Source of the DNA: Octopus vulgaris
Taxonomy: Eukaryota
Assembly (NCBI GenBank): GCA_951406725.2
Contig: OX597830.1
Coordinates: 59,086,001-59,150,000, forward strand
Length of the DNA stretch: 64,000 nucleotides
Direction of reading: 5' to 3'
The notes below the pieces were generated by a model. That model had not been told where the DNA came from and searched no databases. It saw only the letters and a list, made by a program, of their open reading frames with translations. Numbering within the stretch: position 1 is the stretch's first letter; every line of letters begins with the position of its first letter. Below are positions 56,792 to 64,000 of the stretch, in pieces. A program made the position numbers and the translations under genes.

Positions 56792-57356
56792 ATCTATCTT
56801 TATCTATGTCTACCTGATAGTCTGTATGTAGGTATAATCTATATATGTGTTTGCGTATATGTATGTATGTTTATATGTATATACACGCACGCGCGTGCGC
56901 ACACACACACTTGTAAATTCAGTCATGGCTATACGGTTAAGAAGCGCGCTTTGTAACCACGTCGTTTCAAGTTCAGTCTCACTGCGCGGCTTCTTGGACC
57001 AACGAATATTTGGCTGAAAGAAACTGAAGTGTGTGTGCGTGTGTGTGTTCATGTATGCGTATATGTGTGCGTGTGTGTTTGTGCGTGTGTGTGTGTGTGC
57101 GTGTGTGTGTGTTTCTGTTTGTCACCCCACCATCATTGACAACTGGTGTTGGTTTGTTTATGTCTCCGTGACATAACGGTTCGCCAAAAACAATCGACAG
57201 AATAAGTACTAGGCTTTAAAAACAAGTCCTCGGGTTGATTTATCTGCCAGAACCTTTGAAGGCAGTGCCCCAGTATGGCCGCAGTCCAATGACTGAAACA
57301 AGTAGAAAGATAAACGATATATACGTATGAATGAATGAATGTTTGTTTATACGCAT

Positions 57357-57452
<96 letters not shown>

Positions 57453-57873
57453 TGTGAAGGTTGCTTTTCTTGATTACTTTTGAATGAATCCCTTTCGATA
57501 AGAATAACCAGTTTGTAACATTAAACAAAGCTTATTACGAAACCTCAGAACTGGAAAATTCTGAATGTAATCACCATTTGATAACATTATCCAGTGGGTT
57601 TATATGTGTCTACCACACACACACACACACATATATACACACACACACACACAAAATACACACGCACGCACGTACGCACACATACTCATACAAACACATG
57701 CTCACACACAGATGAATCGGTACATCTGAGGATGTAGGCTTGTGTCTGCATCTATGAAACTTTTAGTAATGTACAGCTGATTCAGCCTGTTTTAAATACT
57801 TCCAAACTCCAACCAAATGTTGAGTGCTGTTTTCTTTTAACTATTGGTATGTGTTTTGTGTGTGTACAGATAT

Positions 57874-58400
57874 CAGGTTGTCCAGTAAGTTCTGAACGTC
57901 TTTTAAGAAGCATAAAGGAATATACTTCATGAACCATACTTTTAGAAGCTGCCAACTCCTCTACAAGTTCTCTAGTCATGGTATTTGAGTTTTCTTTGAT
58001 TTTTGCCTTTAAGAAATCTTCATCCAATTTTGAAGGTCTTCCACTGTAACTGTCATCTTCCAAGCTAAACTCTCCAGGTTTAAATATTGCAAACCATCTT
58101 CGAGCAGTTGATTCACCTACAGCATCATCACCATAAGCTGCACAAATGTTTTTGCAAGTCTTTGCGGCATTTTCTCCGTTTTTAAAAATGAAAAGCATTT
58201 CAATGTGAATATGAAAATTTTGGTTATCCATTTCAAATATTGATAAAGGGTAACCGGAATGAAAGATGAATCTATTTTTAGTCAGGAACAAAAAAGAGAT
58301 GCACCACCACTCTAAGCAATGCCAAAGTCTTAACTGTGCTACATTTCAGGTGTATTCAACGAAGCACTAAAAGATTTAACTTAAAAACACTGAGAACTTT
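57874..58400 (-). mobile_element. Internally deleted mariner (N-terminal HTH region only)
   Basis: ORF with KNGENAAKTCKNICAAYGDDAVGESTARRWF..SGRP; TIR-like TCAGGTTGTCCAGTAAGTTCTG at the left end. Confidence 0.8.
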
Positions 58401-58591
58401 CCGTTTTTGGAATTTACAAAAGGAAAAAAAGACAGGAGTGTAAACAACAAACAGGTGTATTATTAGTTTAACGCTCGGGAAGTGAGAAAGTATTTTATAT
58501 TTCGAGCCTACGCTCTTCTACAGAAAGGAACACGAGAAAATAAACGTATATATGCGTGTAAGTGTATGTATGTGTATGTTTGTATGTGTGG

Positions 58592-58631
<40 letters not shown>

Positions 58632-59338
58632 TTGTATTTTTGTGTGTGCTGGTATGTACGTGCGTGTATGTGTTGCTTGTGTGCGCAGTATGGTTGAATG
58701 GTTAAGAATTTTTCTTTGCAATCATGAACTTTTTGTATCGATCTGATTGTTTATCGATTTGGGTCACCCCAAGATTTTTGATGAAATTTCGAAGAAGGAA
58801 ACTGTGGAAGCCCCTCGATTGGTTATGTCTGTGATTTAATGGTTCGGCAACCTCGTCATACCATTGCGTTACGCTGATTCTGAGGATTGCATTAAGGTTA
58901 CTTGTGTCTGTAGAGTATTCCAGCACTTATGCGGCAATAAGAGAGAAAGAGAAAGGATGGGCGGGGAACGGGGATGGGGTAAAGATTGTGAAGGAAGATT
59001 AAAAAAAAAAGAGCAAGAGGCTGCAGACACAGAATGAGGAGAAAGAACAAGAGATCAACAGAGGTGGGGGGGAGATAAATTAGGGAGGAAAACAATGAGA
59101 GACCGAAGAAGAAAATGTGCAGATATAAACTATGGAGAAGAAATAAGAGAGATAAACAGATGGAGAAGGGTGTAAATTAGAAGGAAAGAGTAAAAGAATT
59201 ACGGAGACGTACTTGCACAGCAAGTGACCTGATCTGAGATCGTGTGCTGAAACAAAAACAATTGCAGCGTGGAAGCTGTTTATAAGTCATTTAAAAACAC
59301 ACAAAAACCATTAGATTTATTTCAGTATTTAAATTTAA

Positions 59339-59389
59339 TTTGCCAAAATATTTTCGTCGCTTTGAGACCGCGACCTGATCACTGACAAA
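59339..59389 (-). ncRNA. Second copy of the G3-C8 hammerhead motif (GTGATCA)
   Basis: Minus strand: TTTGTCA-GTGATCA-G-GTCGC-GGTCTCAAA-GCGAC-GAAA-ATAT-TT-TGGCAAA. Confidence 0.62.
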
Positions 59390-59555
59390 ATTCCATGCGG
59401 CATCTCTAAGAATGAAAGACTGAAAAAAAAATTGAGACAGGGAAAGAAAGCGAGGTGGGAGGGAGAGAGAAGAAAATGGTAGAAAAAGCAAGAAAAATCT
59501 ATTAAATGTGTGCTTTGCTTATTCATCAAAAAAAATTTTTTTGTTTGTTCGGTAG

Positions 59556-59825
59556 GTTTGTTCTGGAACATGTTCCACGTCATCAATGCTAATTTCAACT
59601 GTCCCAAACCATACGGTTACTTCCGAGACCCCAACAACTGCACTGTCTTCTACCGGTGTGTCAATTCATACCCGTATTTCTTCACGTGTCAAACTGGAGC
59701 TGTTTTTGATGAGATTCATGATATCTGTACATGGCCAATCAATGTACCCGAATGTTTGACAGACGATCAACATGTCACAACAACGCTACCTCCCGAAACC
59801 ATTCGGCCGACACGAAGTTCTATAG
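59556..59825 (+). CDS. Chitin-binding type-2 (CBM14/peritrophin-A) domain exon plus Thr/Pro-rich linker
   Basis: Six-Cys pattern CPKPYGYFRDPNNCTVFYRCVNSYPYFFTCQTGAVFDEIHDICTWPINVPEC; acceptor TTTGTTCGGTAG, donor AG|GTGTGT, 270 nt phase 1-1. Confidence 0.92.
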
Positions 59826-60194
59826 GTGTGTATTTCAATTGTTCTTTATATGTTGTTTTATTATTCCTTTGAAATGGAATTCTTTCTGAGACAAGAAAGA
59901 ACGTACGTTGTCAAGAATGTTGTAAGGTATCTGGCCAGTACTAAAATCTTCCTGAAGGGACAGTTCAAACAGATTTGTGACATTGAGTTATAACTTAGCT
60001 GAAATATTAAGTCAATCAAATTGTGATCTTGAGACCTAAACAAGTTAGTGTCTTGAGTTATGACCAAATTTCGGTGTTGAAATATAACCGAGAGGTCAGT
60101 TTTATACAATGACCAAGCTGTGGTCTTGAAACTTGCGCTTGACGTATCAAATTCTTGAAACAGCATTATATCACAGTTAACTATATTTCTACTC

Positions 60195-60912
60195 TACGTG
60201 TTTGTCCGTCGGGACGACAAGGGCCATTTAGTCATTTTCGAAGGATGACTGATGACTGATGACTTGCGCATCGTCTTTGTTTAAAATGAAGAATTACGCG
60301 TCAATCTTACTCTCTCGTCCGATCCGTGACCGTCTTCCCTCGAGACCAGGTCAAGACGACTGAAGATAGAGACGGAGGCGGGGAATGACTCAGATGTCCC
60401 GTCTTACTCTCAACACTTCACAATGCGTTGCTGCAGTTGCTCTCCTCGTCACTGACCCAGGAAAGGGTTTTTTTTAGGCAGAGTCTACCGGACACAGTCT
60501 TCTCGTGCATAAATATTACATACCCGTTGGCTACTCCCGCCTGGTCACAAGACCCTGGATATCATAGCTATTCCGGGATCCGGGAACCCCTTCGGTCACG
60601 ACACTGACCATGGGATTGCACCTAGGAAGTTATCCTCCTAGTCACAAGTCTGGGCAAGGTTGTTTATGGAAGACCAGCAGTCGCCCATGCATACCGGCCT
60701 CCCCTCTCCACGCCACCAGTGTTATCCAAGGGAAAGGCAAAGGCTGATACAGCTTGGCACCCGTGACGTCGCAACTCATTTCTACAGCTGAGTGAACTGG
60801 AGCAACATGAATTAAAGTGTCTTGCTCAAGAACACAACACGCAGCCCGGTCCGGGATTCGAGCTCACAACCTCACGATCGTAAGCTCGACGCTCTAACCA
60901 CTGAGCCATGCG
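60195..60912 (-). mobile_element. Long (~720 bp) tRNA-derived SINE
   Basis: Head GCGCATGGCTCAGTGGTTAGAGCGTCGAGCTTACGATCG..TCGAATCCC followed by TGTGTTCTTGAGCAAGACACTT central motif; the 3' boundary is approximate. Confidence 0.7.
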
Positions 60913-62065
60913 CTATTACACACTACATTATACTACACAGAAAAACTAAATCTCTGCCCACACTCCAGCTATGCTGCGCTTTGTTATACAATTCCCTGCA
61001 TTTCTTTCTGCTCTACAAAAACACGCTGCGTGACATTCTACTACACCACAGCACCTTCCCTTCTGCTCTCTACAATGCAACGCATCGATTCAGAGATTTT
61101 AATGGGATCTTCGTCTGCGGATGAACGGTGCTCATCGCCACTGAAAGCCTTTAAGGAGTGACAACATTGAATCATTGAATTTTGCCCTAAAAACGAACGA
61201 GGAGAGAATTGTAAACCGACGTTTCGTTAACTTCATTCATCAGAGTGGAACTTCTACGCTAAGGATTCCATAAAGGAATGTGCGTGTGTGCGAGTGTGTG
61301 TGTGTGTGTCCATGCGTGCGTGCGTATGTGTGCTGTTATTATATTCAAATTGCCTATATTTTGGGCTGAGAAAAATGGAATTGTGTGGTGTCCAGGTCCT
61401 TCTTGTTACTCTATTAGAGACGTGTTTCTGAAGTGAATTAATTTCTACTGCAAATAGAAACCCGATCGATGAGAACGAATCTGAACGTACACTACACTCA
61501 ATGATAAAATATTAGTCAGGCAACGAGAGAGCATCTACATTATCGTTCGACCAGCAAAAAATAGCAGCTAAATCTCCTTTAAATCACACCCTACCGTCTT
61601 TAAAAGTGAAAGACATCACCTTGATATTATCATTTGGTTTACATTACTAAGTGTATTTGATATTTGCTGTGCGCCAACACATTTCAATGTCAAATTCTAT
61701 CTCAGAGAACCGGAGACATATACAAAGTAAACTAACTTCTATGGTGGATCGAAACTTTGCCGCAGATTTGTTTTGTTTGGTATTTTTCTCTGACAATTCA
61801 TCGTCATTTCTTTGAAGACATTAACTTTAATACCAGAGTTATAGTTCCATAATTTACAAGTGACGAGAGATTCCCTTATAAAAACCGTTATCTTGTGTGT
61901 AATGTAGCAATCAGAAAGCGGACGGTGAGTTTGATAGAATGCCGAAGAAAACAACCGAGAGATTGGCTGCACCTATTTTGAAATAGTGTTGCGTTCTGTG
62001 ATCAAAATATTTAGTTTTCAACAGCTGAATCCACCCAGCTTTATGTGAGTTTCATGGTTGATAGT

Positions 62066-62295
62066 GCGAGCTGGCAGAAACGTTAGCACGCCGGGCGAAG
62101 TGCTAAGCGGTATTTCGTCTGCCGTTACGTTCTGAGTTCAAATTCCGCCGAGGTCGACTTTGCCGTTCATCCTTTCGGGGTCGATAAATTAAGTACCAGT
62201 TACGCACTGGGGTCGATGTAATCGAATTAATACCTATGTCTGTCCTTTTTTGTCCCCTCTATGTTTAGCCCCTTGTGGGTAATAAAGAAATAGGT
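62066..62295 (+). mobile_element. Full-length tRNA-derived SINE (central domain resembles Meta/MESC SINEs)
   Basis: GCGAGCTGGCAGAAACGTTAGC head, GAGTTCAAATTCC B box, TTCATCCTTTCGGGGTCGATAAATTAAGTACCAG core, AATAAAGAAATAGGT tail. Confidence 0.88.
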
Positions 62296-62798
62296 AGTAG
62301 TAAACTGTCTGTTCTGAATGAGCTGTCCTATGTTCCAAGGCGATCTAGCCGTGATCATCCTGTCTCATTTCCAAACAGAGCATATCTCGCACTAGGCTGC
62401 CAAATATGTTCCACCCATCGATCTCGGTCTCACCATGGACGGTACTAATAACGCATCAATTTTTATATGAGAGCCCCTTGCTGGTCCTTCAACCATTCTG
62501 TTTTTGGAAAAAGGTTAACTGTGAGCGACCATTCCCATTCCGCCAATGACCCTTCCCACAGTCCAAACTTAGCTGATTCCGAGAGAAAAGAATCGTCCCC
62601 AGCACTCGATTGGTAATTCATTAATCTTTGACGGATGAAAAACAAACTTGACGCCAGGATTTGAACTCACAGCAGAGAAATCTGACTCAAGTAACGCAAG
62701 GTATTCTAAGCCACATTTTTACAACTCTTGTTAATTCGTTACCTTTTCAATGCATGAGTGTGTCAGTGAAAGACCGCTTTTATTTTATATTTCCACAG

Positions 62799-62998
62799 GC
62801 AAAAAGATAGTCACAGACAGCATAGTGCTGGAGATACCATCTGATTATATAAGCGATGAATCTCAATGTAAATTCATCCAGTTGACTCTGAACGTTATTT
62901 TGCAAGCGTTGGTCCAAGGAAGTAGCGTCACTAAATGTCCGGATGGAATATGCGCCGTACCAAGGATAGAAGTTGTCTGCAATACCGATTACAAATGA
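62799..62998 (+). CDS. Putative terminal exon of the chitin-binding protein gene
   Basis: Acceptor TTTTATATTTCCACAG, phase 1, reads GKKIVTDSIVLEIPSDYISDESQCKFIQLTLNVILQALVQGSSVTKCPDGICAVPRIEVVCNTDYK*. Confidence 0.7.
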
Positions 62999-63195
62999 TG
63001 GACAGTCCTTGCAAATTACAGCGAAATTAATTAAAAAGCTCAATTAATATTGCAACGCGATTTGCTTTTCTTTCTTTCCTCCCGATACGTCTCATTTTCC
63101 TTCTCTCACTTCATATCTGTCTCTCTTTATCATGTCCCATGTTTCTTTGTCTAGCTTTCTTTTACTCTTTGCATAAAAGACGCACGGACATATCA

Positions 63196-64000
63196 TTAGG
63201 TTGGCAACTGAGTTCCCGCCGTTTTTTTTTTTTAATTAAATTTTTTAAAAGGTTTAATAAAAATTACCAACTAATTAATCAATAATGTATTCACCCTTGG
63301 TGTTTACAACTTCTTCCTAACATTCAACAAGATTTTCAATACCTCGTTGGTAGAAATCACCCGATTTCGACACGAAAAATGGATCCAACCAAGCTCTCAA
63401 TTCTGCATCAGTATTGAACGAAACTCCGCGCATAGCATTTGAAAGAGATCGAAAGAGGTGGAAATCCGTTGGTACCAAATCAGGAGAGTACGGCGGGTGT
63501 GGCAGCATTTCCCAGCCATGCGTTTAAATGGCTTCCTTGGTCATATTGGCGATATGAGAGCGAGCGTTGTCATGCAGAAGAACTCCACGTTGCCGATTAG
63601 GTCTTTTCTCGTGAATAGCCGTGTTGAGTCGTTCCATCTGTTGAACAGAGTTCCGCGTCGACCGTTTGGTTCCGTTCAAGCAATTCGTAATGGATAATCC
63701 CTTCCCAATCCCACCATATGCACATCGTTTTACGCGGATGGAGATCTTGTTTCACGCATGGTGTCGCTTGTTTACCAGGGCTAAGCCATTCCTTACGCTG
63801 CTTCATATTGAGGTTCAAGGAACCATTTTCCGTCGCCAGTAACGATTCGGTAAAGAAATCGTTGCTTGTGTCCATGAGTTGAGCGGTGACGAGCAAGTAA
63901 ACCAGCAGAGATTGTGGCTCGTTGATTTTTGTTGTTCTCACTTAAAACATGCGGAACCCATGCTCCATACTTCTGAACCTTTCCCATCGAGTGAAGATGC
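63196..64000 (-). mobile_element. Mariner transposon (mellifera-like), frameshifted, runs off the window
   Basis: WVPHVL, IVTGDGKW and HPPYSPDLVPTDFHLF motifs; TIR-like TTAGGTTGGCAACTGAGTT. Confidence 0.92.

Noticed and set aside
58488-58525. Hammerhead-like GAGC-GTAG-GCTC-GAAA hairpin on the minus strand
   Set aside because: No CUGANGA-type core or stem I can be formed.
60835-60912. tRNA-like sequences (also 6780-6855 and 14865-14942) as tRNA genes
   Set aside because: They run into SINE bodies, have imperfect acceptor stems and lack terminators.

Overview
Eukaryotic, AT-rich, microsatellite-saturated DNA. Its SINE, LINE and DNA-transposon content suggests an octopod cephalopod genome (inference). 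I could assemble two spliced + strand genes from splice sites and reading frame. (1) A five-coding-exon gene (9178-37858, about 346 aa) carries a YAP/FAM181-type TEAD-binding omega-loop motif (PMRQRIFPVSFWQQP); its last exon lies in a ~1.7 kb tandem duplication. (2) A three-exon gene (54604-62998) encodes a probably secreted chitin-binding (CBM14/peritrophin-A) protein. The rest is mostly decayed Tc1/mariner transposons, Tx1, R4/Dong and CR1-like LINE remnants, tRNA-derived SINEs and MITEs. The most unusual signal is at least five unrelated short non-coding repeat families that each fold, by eye, into a minimal type-I hammerhead ribozyme with a palindromic stem III, as in Penelope-like elements. 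One family has a G3-C8 swapped core. Another is fused to a tRNA-derived Pol III head, which suggests a self-cleaving, Penelope-mobilised SINE. All structures were read manually and none has been tested.
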